Shown here: one piece after another, positions 1-12,901 of the stretch | Numbering within the stretch: position 1 is the stretch's first letter | Layout: each line of letters opens with the position of its first letter | Assembly: GCA_964016885.1 (NCBI GenBank) | Contig: OZ024743.1 | Location: 289,106,001 to 289,170,000 of the forward strand | Direction: 5' to 3' | From: Eledone cirrhosa | Lineage: Eukaryota | DNA length: 64,000 nucleotides | Notes under the pieces: generated by a model | The model's database searches: none | What the model saw: only the letters and a program-made list of their open reading frames with translations | Told to the model about the DNA's origin: nothing | Position numbers and translations under genes: made by a program

Positions 1-1200
1 GCATTTTTTCACTCGTCGCCTCCTGTGTGCTTATTTACATTTTACTATTGGGGTTAGCCTTGTGGTTCTTTATTCTACCTTTGTCGCATTCCAGTGTTTT
101 ATTTTCTACTTCTTCAATGATATCGCACACCCAGTGGCTCTCAGATCCTTCTGGGCTTGCGTGGGTCTTTTGTGCCTGGTATGTTTTTCTTTTTCTTTGT
201 TTTCTTCCTTCGTCTTCTCTCTGACGATATGGCTCAGGAGATCCATGTTTGGCCTTATGAGCGTATAGGCGCGAATAAATTCGTTCTTTTTTCGATATAT
301 CTGCGACAGAGTTCTCAAAGTGACAGTTGTTTTAAGGTCTTCTTAATTAGCTTGATGGAGAACCACCGACTAAGTTCCATGTTCTGATCATTCTTTCCAA
401 TTCTTTCGCTTTCCAGTTTCCTTGATTTGTTCTTATTGGGGTGCCTTTCGTTGAGATTCCACAAGAAACAAACGATGTTTACTTTTTAATTCGTCACCTC
501 ACAGTAAATGAAGCAATATGTTCGATCCTACCTTAACTCGATAACTAATCAAAGAAGTAAATAAAATAAAAAATACCAACCTCAAATATTTAATTGATTA
601 ATTAATTAAATAAATATTAAATAATAAAAATAGAATGTCACTTATAATATTTCAATAATCAATTGAATATATAAATAAAACGAAATACTTATTTTATTGT
701 TCCAATAAATAGAATAAAATACTTTAGCGAGATATATCAGAAAATAAATACACATTAATGACATAAATTTACGATGTAAATTTACGATGTAAGTTTTTCA
801 GACTCCAGCATTACAGAAAATAATGAAATAAAATAGAAATAAAATAGGGATATTATTTACTCAGTATTTAAAGGAAAAAATAACCACGACGTATCTAAAC
901 TTAGAGTAAATATTTAATAGAACAAACGGTAGTTTTCGAATGTGGTTGGTCTAGGGATGTTGGTGTAGTGGGGTGTAGTGTGGTAATGGAACCAAACTCC
1001 AATTTTCACTGCCTTCGTCTCTCCACCTCTCACAATCTCTCGCTATTATAAGCAAATTAGGGCTGACGCAATGGTCGCCCCGCGGCCCCGGTGGACAGAA
1101 AAGAGAAGGCGTTTCCCCTGAGGATGGTGAAGGAGACACACTGGAGCCATTCCAGCTCGCCAGGCTCACACCTGCGGGTAGCCAACTCCGTCGCTTTTCT

Positions 1201-1605
1201 AAACATTTTGAAAACCTTGCGCTATCATTTTAAAGTAGTGACTATGTCACTTACTTCTTTTTTCGGCAAAGGAAGGGAGATATGCTGACAGATTCTGTTT
1301 CACACTGTTGGTGTTGCTCTGACGAAAATTATAGAGACTGGATTTTTATAGAATTCCAGTAATTATACAGAGCAATTGCCGGTCCAGCAAACATTAAAAC
1401 TTAGGATTGGTGCTCTGAAATAACGATGTATACATGAATGTATGTTTAGTATATTTCGCATTATGCCGTATGTTTAATTAAACACATTTTGTCGAAAAAA
1501 GAGGTATGTGACATAGTCACTACTTTAAAGTGATAGCGGAAGGTCTTCAAAATGTGTTTAATTAAACATACGGTATATTGCCAAATATACTATACAAACA
1601 TTCAT
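1201..1605. repeat. Family A non-coding HHR repeat, fold-back copy (HHR core partly deleted)
   Basis: Matches 18115-18822 and 61668-62000. The segment 'gtgacatagtcactactttaaa' recurs inverted after about 1491. Confidence 0.8.
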
Positions 1606-1628
1606 ATATATATATATATATATATATA

Positions 1629-2458
1629 TAAGTATGTATACGTACATACATATATGTATACAGACGTACAGTAGTATGTATATATATATATATATACATA
1701 CATGCACACATATATATATATGTACGTATGGATTCACAGAACATTTATTATAATGCTCGCTGTGTTTGTAAACAAACATCTCGAATTAAGCCGTACAGTG
1801 TCTAGCAACCATCGTTGCTCATTTGTTCAAGACTGACAAAGGAACGCTGTACTAGTTTCAAGCTTATTAGCTATTGTCAGCAACGTATACCTTCCTGCCA
1901 GATGGTTGAACGTCTGAAAGTATATACTTTCCTGATGCATATAAACGGCTGAACAGCCTAATTTGCATATCGAGTGAGTTAATCGGCCGGGGTACCGAAA
2001 ACGATAAACGAAAAAAATGAAACTAAATTTCATTTCTCACTCTTAGTACGGCTGTTACTTAAATATAAGTATGTACACGTACATACATATATGTATACAG
2101 ACGTACAGTAGTATGTATATATATATATATATATATACATGCACACATATATATATGTACGTATGGATTCACCGAACATTTATTATAATGCTCAGTGTTG
2201 AACAAATGAGCAACGATGGTTGCTAGACACTGTACGGCTTGATTCGGGATCTTTGTTTACAAACACACCGAGTATTATAATAAATGTTCGGTGAATCCAT
2301 ACGTACATATATATATATGCGTAAATGTATGTATATATATATATACATACTACTGTACGTCTGTATACATATATGTATGTACGTATACATACTTATATTT
2401 AAGTAACAGTCGAATTAAGAGTGAGAAATGAAATTTAGTTTCATTTTTTCCGTTTATA
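1629..2458. mobile_element. Family B retrozyme-like HHR repeat, head-to-head fold-back
   Basis: Same monomer as 44053-45205 and 53810-55868. HHR on the minus strand at 1845-1885. Orientation flips near 2192. Flanked by (TA)n. Confidence 0.85.
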
Positions 2459-2699
2459 TACATATATATATATATATTTCGTTTCTGAATTTGTTTAGCA
2501 AGATTCTTTATCTGAAAACGTGTGTTGAAACCGATATTGTTATGCTTTGGGAGGGTCATGTTGCCAATAAGAAACACACGCACCAGTTGTTTCACTCCAA
2601 TTTATTGGAGTGAAAGCAACTTTGGAATAGAAATTTGGAAAGAAATTTGGAATAGAATAGAAAGAACTAGGAATAAGGTTAATAGAATAAACTCATGGT

Positions 2700-3260
2700 A
2701 TGATAGCAATAAATGTCAGAGTGTAATGTTCATCAATACAACCCCTAGAGGTGAATTAGCTTACACATTTAGAAGGGCCCGAAGATAAACATAAACTCAA
2801 TATTAAAATAGTAGAAAGACCAGATACCTCCATAAAAATACTTATTAGCAATACATACCCTTTTCAAAGACCTCCCTGTATAGATAGGAAATGTATAATC
2901 TGTAAACTAAGCCCCCATATTAACTGTAAAACTAGAAATGTAGTATATAGCATAAGATGTACTGAAGAACAATGTAGATATAAGAATATAGTGTACATAG
3001 GTGACACAGCTCGTAGTATAGGAGAACGGATAAATGAACACTGGCGAGAGCTTCAAGATAGTAAAGAATCATCTGTACTCCACCAACATGCTAAAATAGA
3101 ACATAAGGGTAAATTAGAGAACATAGAAATAAAAATAGAATCTACACACAGAAAAGACGCAATGTTTAGACAAATCACAGAGGCAATAAACATAAATGAA
3201 CTCCAACCAAAATTAATTAAAAAACATGAATGGAATAGCAACATCACAACTTACAATTAA
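2700..3260 (+). pseudogene. GIY-YIG endonuclease C-terminus of a PLE ORF (disrupted)
   Basis: VVY..C...YIG.T.R motif and conserved EH. In-frame stop at 2786-2788. Confidence 0.85.
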
Positions 3261-3449
3261 GGACAAAATGAAAACACAAACATAGAACAAACAACCAACC
3301 AGTAATATGTAAATAAACAAATAAATAAACAAATATAAACACACACAGACACCCGGATGTAACACATGCGCAAACTAAGCACACAACACACACAAAAACA
3401 ATATTTTGTAGGACAGAACAAAGGAGAGGCACAAAAACAAAGAAAAGAA

Positions 3450-3492
3450 TCCCTGAAGAGGTCACAGAATGTGTGACGAAAGAACTTTGACA
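3450..3492 (+). ncRNA. Hammerhead ribozyme-like motif (degenerate)
   Basis: CTGAAGA-G-GTCACA(gaatg)TGTGAC-GAAA-GAACTT. Stem I pairs poorly. Confidence 0.6.
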
Positions 3493-3638
3493 GTATATGA
3501 ACAATCGTCTGGTTGTGGAACCAGCCAACCAACCAGAAACTTATAAATTCTTAAATTTATAAATTTAATTTATAATAAATTGGAGTGAAACAACTGGTGC
3601 GTGTGTTTCTTATTGGCAACATGACCCTCCCAAAGCAT

Positions 3639-3729
<91 letters not shown>

Positions 3730-3894
3730 AGTGGACGGTCAGTAAAATCGAAGTTATGGTGGTCGGCCAAACCCACGAAGTAACAATTCGGGTTTGAACG
3801 AAGCACTCAATAAGATTGTATCGATAAATCGATAGGCTACATCTTAGAGTATATATAGATACACCTTAGAATATATATATATATATTCTGAAAG

Positions 3895-4508
3895 AGGGGA
3901 TGCCAACGCATTTTTCTATCTGAATATTGTGCGGATTATTTACTTTTGTTTTTACAATAAAATTGAAAATGGAGGGAGATGTGCTGTATTTTCGTCATTT
4001 GATGCTCTGTTATTTTCAGAAAGGAAAGAATGCTGCACAAACAACAAAAAAAGACGTGCTATTTATTTAGAGTCATGCCATAGCTAATAATGCTGCGGTT
4101 TTCAACTAGAACAATGTGTTCATACATCCGACAAAGCTAGACCACACGTTTCATTACAGACCCAGCAGAAATTGGTGCAGCTTGGCTGGGATATGATGTC
4201 CTACCACAACCACCATATTCACCTGACCTTACACCTTCGGATTATCATCTATTCCGACCCATACAAAATGTTCTAATTCGGAACTTCTTCGATTTATTAT
4301 AAACTGCAAACACCACTTAGACCTGTTCATGACCCAGAAAAATGTGAAGTCCTTGGAAGATCGGATTAGGAAATTGCCTCAAAGATGGCGAATGGTAGTG
4401 GAAGAAAATGGAATATATGTGCTTCAATAAAGATATGAACAACTACTTAAATATTCCTAATGAAACTCACTTAAAAACCGTATGAACTTTTGTTAAAAAA
4501 CCAATGTA
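3895..4508 (+). mobile_element. Internally deleted mariner DNA transposon relic
   Basis: Translations FRHLML.YFQKGKNAAQT, D.ARPH and QKLVQLGWD..LPQPPYSPDLTPSDYHLFR (YSPDL motif). Confidence 0.85.
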
Positions 4509-4761
4509 TATATACATATATATACATGCACACAAACACAAAAAAATACACACACACACACACACTCACACACACACACACAGAGACACACACAAACACA
4601 CACACACATATATGGATATATGTATATATGTTTATATATATATATATATGTATATATATGTATATATATGTATATATATATATATGTATATATATTTATA
4701 TATATATATGTGTATATATATATATTTATATACGTTTATATATGTGCATATAAATGTGTGA

Positions 4762-5070
<309 letters not shown>

Positions 5071-5086
5071 CAAATATACACACACA

Positions 5087-5191
<105 letters not shown>

Positions 5192-5360
5192 TGATGCGAG
5201 ATGTTACTATAAAGCTATGGTAGAAAGCAACAACATAAAAATGTGAGTAATTTGCGTTTGCTGTAAGAATTAAAATTATATTAGTGTTAGTGTGAGGTGG
5301 GGAAAGTTTGGAGTGGTACGTGACGTGGAGACTGATTAGAAAATGAAACGCGGTGGAGGG

Positions 5361-5447
<87 letters not shown>

Positions 5448-5741
5448 ACAGACAGAAATATACGTATAGGAAAATGATGGAGGTTAAAAGATTGTAGATT
5501 GGATTATACCGCTGACGGATGATCTAAAGCGACAGCTACAATCAGATGAGATTAACGTGTTGATCTACACATACCCACCTTATTCCACGAATGTCAGACC
5601 CACACCCAAACTTCATAATGTTTTAGTTTTAGTATTTGTTTTCTTTTTTAATTTACACATCTTTCTTCGTCTGATATTTTACTGCTCAAGAAGATAAGTT
5701 ATTATTCACTGTCCATAAATACATGTATATGTGTCCGTCGA

Positions 5742-5875
5742 TGCACAGTCTTTCGTCACTTTAAATAATATCTTCACGCACAGGCATTGCACGATAAAAT
5801 TAATTAATTATTATTAATAATGGTATATCGTGCAATGGCCATACTCGATAACGAGGGAGCAGCCATCATTATGTA
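5742..5875 (+). mobile_element. Family E (RTE-type non-autonomous retroposon), 5'-truncated
   Basis: Near-identical to the 3' end of 42995-43535, ending 'gcagccatcat' plus (TATG)n. Confidence 0.7.
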
Positions 5876-5989
5876 TGTATGTATATGTATATATATTTAT
5901 ATATATATATATATATACATGCATACATACATGTATATATATATGTGTGTGTGTGTATGTGTGTGTGCGTGTGTGTATGTATGCATCTG

Positions 5990-6047
<58 letters not shown>

Positions 6048-6147
6048 CATATACACACACATATATATGTATATATATATATATATATACACACACATAT
6101 ATATATGTATATATATATGTTTGTATATATATATATATATACATATT

Positions 6148-6260
<113 letters not shown>

Positions 6261-6261
6261 T

Positions 6262-6480
6262 TATGTAAACGGTGAACAGAAATAACAACACAATCGGTAC
6301 GGTATGTGGAAGGGATATATTAGGTACGCTTGATATAGCAGGAAGAGGGTCTTAACGTTTCGTACACTAGTCCTTCATCAGAAGAAAGAATGAGTTAAGA
6401 TAGATTGATGGGACGGACGGGATGGAATTTGAAAAAAATGTCTTTAGATAAAAATATCAGCTCCACTCATGTTGACATCT
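6262..6480 (-). repeat. Family G PLE-terminus-like repeat with minimal HHR (6350-6385)
   Basis: Minus strand reads tctt-CTGATGA-A-GGAC(tagt)GTAC-GAA-ACGT-T-aaga. Second copy at 24127-24345. Confidence 0.7.
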
Positions 6481-7851
6481 CTTGCATATATATATATATA
6501 TATATCTTCTGGAACTACGATACGATTGACAGCTGATGATACTTTCTTCTATGTTTGTGTTTTCTATCATTCTCTTTCTATGTCACAGACCCTGTAAAGT
6601 TTTTCCTATTGTGTTTATGCTATTTCTATTTATTTCTATTTCTATATATGTGTATGTATATATATATGAATTCTATTTGTGAAAGGCAAATAAGATAAAG
6701 AAATATCTACCAATTTAGTTTGAGCGTCTCTATTGTAGTTTCATTGTGCAAAATACAGGATTGAGTGCTGTGAAAATCGTCACTAGTCAGGGAACATTTT
6801 CAAATAAGAAAGCATTCATCTGAATTATCTGCTACCAGCGATGATTTCGAATGTATGAATTATCATGTGATTAACGTCCTATAGAGGGGAAACGGTATGT
6901 GGACAATGGCAAACGAAAGGGCTGATGAAAATAGCAGTCCGATCCGGTCAAATTCTTTACTCGACCGTAAGGGATTAATTAAAAAATATACTCAAGATAT
7001 ATACATATATACACAAGCATAGACATACATGTCAGGGAGTCCAACAGATACCAATTGTTCTCAATGAACGAGTTAATTGTAATTAAGAACCGGTCTATTT
7101 TAGTACAATTATCTATATATGTATAGCTCTTTATAGCACAAATGTTTTACACCATGATTTGGCGGTTGTGGGGTGAATTATCGTACATTTGTAAGGATAA
7201 TTAATTGGCAGAATCATTGTGATTTCATATTACGGCTCTCTGGTCAACTGACACCGAAGACAACTTTGCATCTCATTTTTTCAAGATGTATAAATAAAAC
7301 ACTAAATCAATCCTTGGGTCAAGATTTCTATCTCACCTTCTTTATCCCTTTGTTTTTGATTCTCAGAAAGGACTTTAATCAAGCCTGAATTGTGGTGGGC
7401 TGAAGATGCCCAACACTGCTAATACTCCACCAGGAGTTAGCTGGAAGACGGAAGATGAAGAGGGGGAGAAGAAGGAGGAACAGGAGGTATGACCTACTAT
7501 TTCCTGGACTGAGGAATGAAGAGAATTTAGATGTTTCTTCGTCTTGACGAATATATTTGAACTACTTATTACATCTTCAGTTGTAATCTAGTATTTTTTC
7601 TCTAACTGTCAACATGAAAAATATGCTTGTTGATATTATCTTCCTGTTCCCTGATAGATCCAATATCATATACAGACATTTGATATTCCAGAATCATTCC
7701 CATGTAGCTGATGGAATATATTTCGCTCCTGCATTTTTAGCTCATTAATCAGCAAAGTACCTAAGGTGTGGTAGATCAACATGCTAGAAATAGTAGCAGT
7801 GAAATCTCTCTCAAACCCCATCCTACTGACTTCAACAAGTACGCATTAGAT

Positions 7852-8040
7852 AATTGTTTCTACTTTTGGCACAAAGTCAGCAATTACCCAGTGCATTACT
7901 GGTACTTTATTTTATTGACCCCGTAAGGATGAAAGGCAAAGTCAACCTCGGCGGTATTTGAACTCAGATCGTAAAGGGACGTAACTATGCTGGAAAGCAT
8001 GGCGTCCGACTCTCTACCGATACTGCCAATCCACCGCCTT
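7852..8040 (-). mobile_element. tRNA-derived SINE with 26-bp target-site duplication
   Basis: A-box-like tggcagtatcgg and B-box gagttcaaat. The sequence acttcaacaagtacgcattagataat is at both 7829-7854 and 8044-8069. Confidence 0.9.
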
Positions 8041-9185
8041 TTAACTTCAACAAGTACGCATTAGATAATATATTCTGAAAGAAGATACAACTAAAGATAT
8101 TCGTTCATCCCAACTAGGATGGTTTTGATCATATGGCTGCTTGGTTCGGCCTGAAATTTTTCAAAACTATTGTAATTTCCGCAATGAAACAATTTTATAT
8201 TGCAAGCTTTTTTCTTATTAGTTGTTCAGATTTATCTGCCAGGAAACGTATTCCTGCGAGGAATGTACTCATTTACAAGCGAATAAATCGCATCAAATTT
8301 TACATTCCCTCAATATGCGTTTGGTTAAATTTAATTGTAAAGTTTATTCTCCTACTATTCGTATACAGTTGGTGTTTCAGTTTGTGCATCTACTGTTCGG
8401 ACAACCTGGTTGTGCATCTACTGTTTTACGAGCCATCATAAAAAGGATGACCTCACTAGCCTGATAATCGCACTCTTAACCTACTTCATTTCATTCCTAA
8501 GAACTTTTAATTCTCTTTTTTGTAATCATGCTTTTTCTCTTTTATGCACCCTTTTGTTTTATATTGCTAGTGAAATAAATGAAAAATAAGAAAGAAGCTA
8601 AGGGGTCATTAAATTTAAAGAGTTCTTATGAAAATTATAAAAGATTGGGGAAAAACGAAAGTGAAAATTATTATAAGTAAGTAAAAGTAAATTGAAACAC
8701 GTATTTCATAACCTTGAATATTTATTTCAACTCAAGTAGGGAAATGTAAATTTAATTTAGCACATCCTTAGATTCTTTACACTAATTCTAATATATCTTT
8801 TATCAAAGCTAGTTTGTAGGCCATTGTCAGTTGTGTTGAGCTATATTGTGAATATTTCAAATGTAGCCTTTGTGTATGTAGTGCAAAATGGCGCCTAGCA
8901 ATCCCGTGATCTTTCATGTCTGCTTCCTAATTTAGTTTTAATGTCTCAAGTTCGCTTCAGACATCGTTGCTCATTTTTATTTTCTAGTAAATATATTTGG
9001 CCCCTATTATTAAGGAAACGCAGATATTACCATGAACTATTCAGATAGCATATTTATATTAATTTTGGATGTTCATCCCCGATGTTATTCGTGGGTCAGC
9101 ATGATAACCTACAACGTGTAATGCCAGATAATTAACCATTTACTGTTACACGGTCCAACCCATGGGTTGCAAAGATGCTGTCGCA

Positions 9186-9579
9186 GCATGGCTATCTGTA
9201 GAGGGTCGGACGCCATGCTTTGCAACATAGAGTTACGGCGCTTTATGATCTGAGTTCAAATCTTGCCGAGGTTAACTTTGTCTTTCATCCATACGGGGTC
9301 GATGAAATAAAGTACCAGTAATGCTCTGGGATAGTTGATGGCACTGTGCTAAAAGTAGAAACAATTATTTAAACATTAAGGCGGTGGATTGGCAGTATCA
9401 GTAGATGGTAGGACGCCATGCTTTGCAGCACAGAGTTACGCCCCTTCATGGTCTGAGTTCAAATCCCGCCAAGGTTAACTTTGCCTTTGATCCTTATGGG
9501 GTCGATAAAATAAAGTCCCAGTAATGCACTGGAATAATTGCTGGCCTTGTACCAAAAGTAGAAACAATTATTTAAACAT
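9186..9579 (+). mobile_element. Two tandem copies of the tRNA-derived SINE
   Basis: Both carry gagttcaaatc..gccgaggttaactttg.ctttcatcc...ggggtcgat and end aaagtagaaacaattatttaaacatt. Confidence 0.9.
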
Positions 9580-9986
9580 TTTCTATAGCCATCATTTCTT
9601 TGGTCATTGATGTATGAGAAAGTTGAACACCGCTGCACTCATTTGAGTTTCTTGCTGCGATCTATCGAAAATTTACTTTCTGCGACCAGGACAGAACTCA
9701 TACTCACAATCTTCTGATTTGAAATCAGATGTCTTATACTTATAATCTGCAATGCTTAGTGTATAATATTCTTTTCACGTCATTTGCTGAACTTTGTAGA
9801 TTTTTGAAGTATTTATTTTTTTTTTTCTAAATGCCATTTGTTATCTTCACTTCAAATGACATCTTCGTTATTTATGTATATGAATAAGGCGGAGTGAACA
9901 TTACCAGTCGGGTATATCATAACGATGAGGATCAAGAAGCGTTCGAAAACCGTAAAATCTACTCACACACACACACACAACTATAT

Positions 9987-10034
<48 letters not shown>

Positions 10035-10037
10035 GAA

Positions 10038-10170
<133 letters not shown>

Positions 10171-10777
10171 CGTTGTGTGAGTAACCAAACCGACTACAAA
10201 TATACATAATTGACAACATGCCAATACGTGCAATCAATTGGTGCCTGTAGTTTACAACAAACAGAAAAGCCAAAAATTTAGTCGTCTTGAAATGCAATGA
10301 TCAACATTGTTGAAATCTTTGGCAACGTCTCTCTCTATATTTATGTTCCTCTGTGTGTGAATGTGAGCGTGTGTGTGAATGTGAGCGTGTGTGTGAATGT
10401 GAGCGTGTGTGTGTGGGTGTGTGTGTGTTTGAGAGAGAGAGCAAGAGAGAGTTTGAGTGTGTCTGTGTATATATAGATTGATAGATATATGCAGTCACGG
10501 CAAAAGAGACTTCATTGTCTCGTCATAGTTATAAAAAAGATGTGTTAAACAGCTTCATCCATGTGGAGTACTTCTGAGAAAGCTATTGTTCTTCGCTTGT
10601 ATAATTACCAGGTTCTGGTCTGATTACCCCATTGTGAACTGTTTTCATGACTGCCTCCTTCAGCGTTGTAAAAAAATCTCAAACATCCAGAAAGGTTACA
10701 ACATTAATATTTCAAAGGTTTCACCAGGACATTTGTACATTTATTAAGTTTGCATTATAGCATATGTGTATATAATT

Positions 10778-10892
<115 letters not shown>

Positions 10893-11108
10893 CTCTGGGA
10901 TGGACACACGCGTATAACTTGCTGAGTAAGTTCTGTTTAAATTTCTATAGAAATTCTTGTCTGATAACTTTAATTTTTGTACCATTTTGTAGAGGGACTG
11001 CCAGGTCAAACTTTGATCTGGTCAGTCTCTCAAAATATTCTACGCCTTTAGGCGAAATAGTTAAACAAAAAAAAAGTTTTTTCTTGTTGAAAAGTCAATA
11101 TTTTTTAA

Positions 11109-12860
11109 ATGGCCGAAGCTTCTTCACCAAAATTCGAAGGAGGAAAGGGGAAGATGAACTTACAGCTTCCCCCTGCCACTGTCACAGTAGCAGAGGTCAA
11201 GAAGAAAGGTCAGCCAGAGGAAGAATTCTCTCCACCTGTTAACCGACAACTTGACGTTGCCATGGCAACAACCCAAAGAACCAGCAGCAACAGCAACAAC
11301 AACAACAATGCGACGGACGAAAACAACACCAATAACAATAACAATAACAACAACAACAAGACCAATAACGGTGACAACAACAACAATGATAACAACAACA
11401 CCACCAACGACAACAACAACACAAACAAACAAAATTTCTCCTTCGCCGAGACGACAAGGAAAACCCTCGACTATCTGCCAGTAGATATAACAAAAGCGAA
11501 GGAGCTACTGGCGGATGCGAAAAAATATATAGTGTACGGGGAAAATGGTTCATTCACAATCCATTCCCCCCCGGAACTAAAAAGCCAGAGACTCCTAAAC
11601 ACGGTCATGTTTAGGACAATCTCGAACAAAAGTAAAAAACCAGCTCAACCATCACAGAGCGAGATAGAGCTGGTTTTAAAAGACGTCATGAAGGACATCA
11701 CCTTCATTCAGAAGGATAGACTCTACGGGAGTCTATCCATTCTCATGAAGGACAGGGACACAGCAGTGAAACTGTCCATCAAACCAATCGCATCCACCGC
11801 ATACAACTTCTACCCTACGTAAATGGGTAGAAGAACACAAAAAATAAAAATCCACACCATCCTGCCGATTATGGACATATGGTGGGTTTTGACAGGTTTT
11901 CTGGACCTGGAGGATGACATGCTGGTGTCCATGGGAAAGGCATCGGGTGACGCGTTCAGTGGAACGAGCCTCGAACTTGTAGTTCAAATGAGGCCCGAAA
12001 GGATCGCCCAGATCCCTGAACGCGTCATACTGGATGATCTAACCTTCATCAACATTACCGTTGAGGGTAGACGGCCCTCGTGTTACCTCTGCGGAACCAG
12101 GGGTCACCTGAGGGCTGTCTGTCCCCAACTTAATAAGAAAACCCCAATCCTGCCTACACCACCAACAACTGCACAACCAACACAATCACCACAACTACCA
12201 CTACAAAAACAACCACCACAGCTCAAACCAAAACAAAACAATGTCCAACCCATCCCCTCCACTCAAAAAACAAAAACAATTTCCAAAACACCCGTACCGC
12301 AAACACAACCCGAAAATATACCCCTCCCCTCCAACGCGGAAGATGACCCTAGTTCGTCGTCAGACGAGGAGGAGCACTTCCACACAATCAAAAGAAAAAA
12401 AAGAAAACACACCTCAGACACACAAATGAAAAAAACCCCTCCCCAAAACATAACACTGACACCAACACAAAAGAGCTCACAACAACAGCAAACAAAAAAC
12501 ACCACACAAAAACAAAAACATGCATACACATACATAAATACAAGAAACAAAAAACTGTTAAACATTGTGTACAACAACAATCTAATAAAAACACAAGGGC
12601 CTAACTTCACCCAGGCAGGGGATTTCCCCCACCTCAAAATGATTAAGGCCCCACAGGACATCTATAAAACTTTAAAAAACAATTTTAAAGAGGACGTGGG
12701 TCCCCCCTGCGTCGGGCCCATTAACCGCGTCCTCCTAAAAAACTATCCCACCCCCTCCCCAAACACCCATACAACTCCAAGCTCCCCAACCACACAACAC
12801 ACTGATGCCCCCACACTTCCACAAACCACCACCCACCCAACAACCCATCCCCCACCCTAA
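11109..12860 (+). pseudogene. Tx1 ORF1 (gag-like, CCHC zinc knuckle), split by one in-frame TAA at 11820-11822
   Basis: ORFs 11109-11822 and 11823-12860 are contiguous in one frame. CYLCGTRGHLRAVC knuckle, Asn-rich N-terminus, basic KRKKRK patch. Confidence 0.85.
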
Positions 12861-12901
12861 TGGAAATTGTGCAGCCCGATACCCGGGACGCAGAGAGGTA
12901 A

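Larger units (their letters stand above)
2476..3645 (+). mobile_element. Penelope-like element 3' fragment (Naiad-like) with GIY-YIG endonuclease, HHR and inverted 5' terminal piece
   Basis: Translation SVMFINTTPRGEL...C..C..C...CKTRNVVYSIRC...YIGDTARSIGERINEH...SVLHQH...RQITEA..I...K.EWN. Bases 2537-2607 are inverted relative to 3573-3645. Confidence 0.85.

Noticed and set aside
1-500. Coding-like fragment on the minus strand at the window start
   Set aside because: Multiple stops and no diagnostic motif, so it cannot be assigned.
8100-8470. Possible very old PLE endonuclease relic (also 26900-27500)
   Set aside because: Only faint motif traces, too degraded to call.
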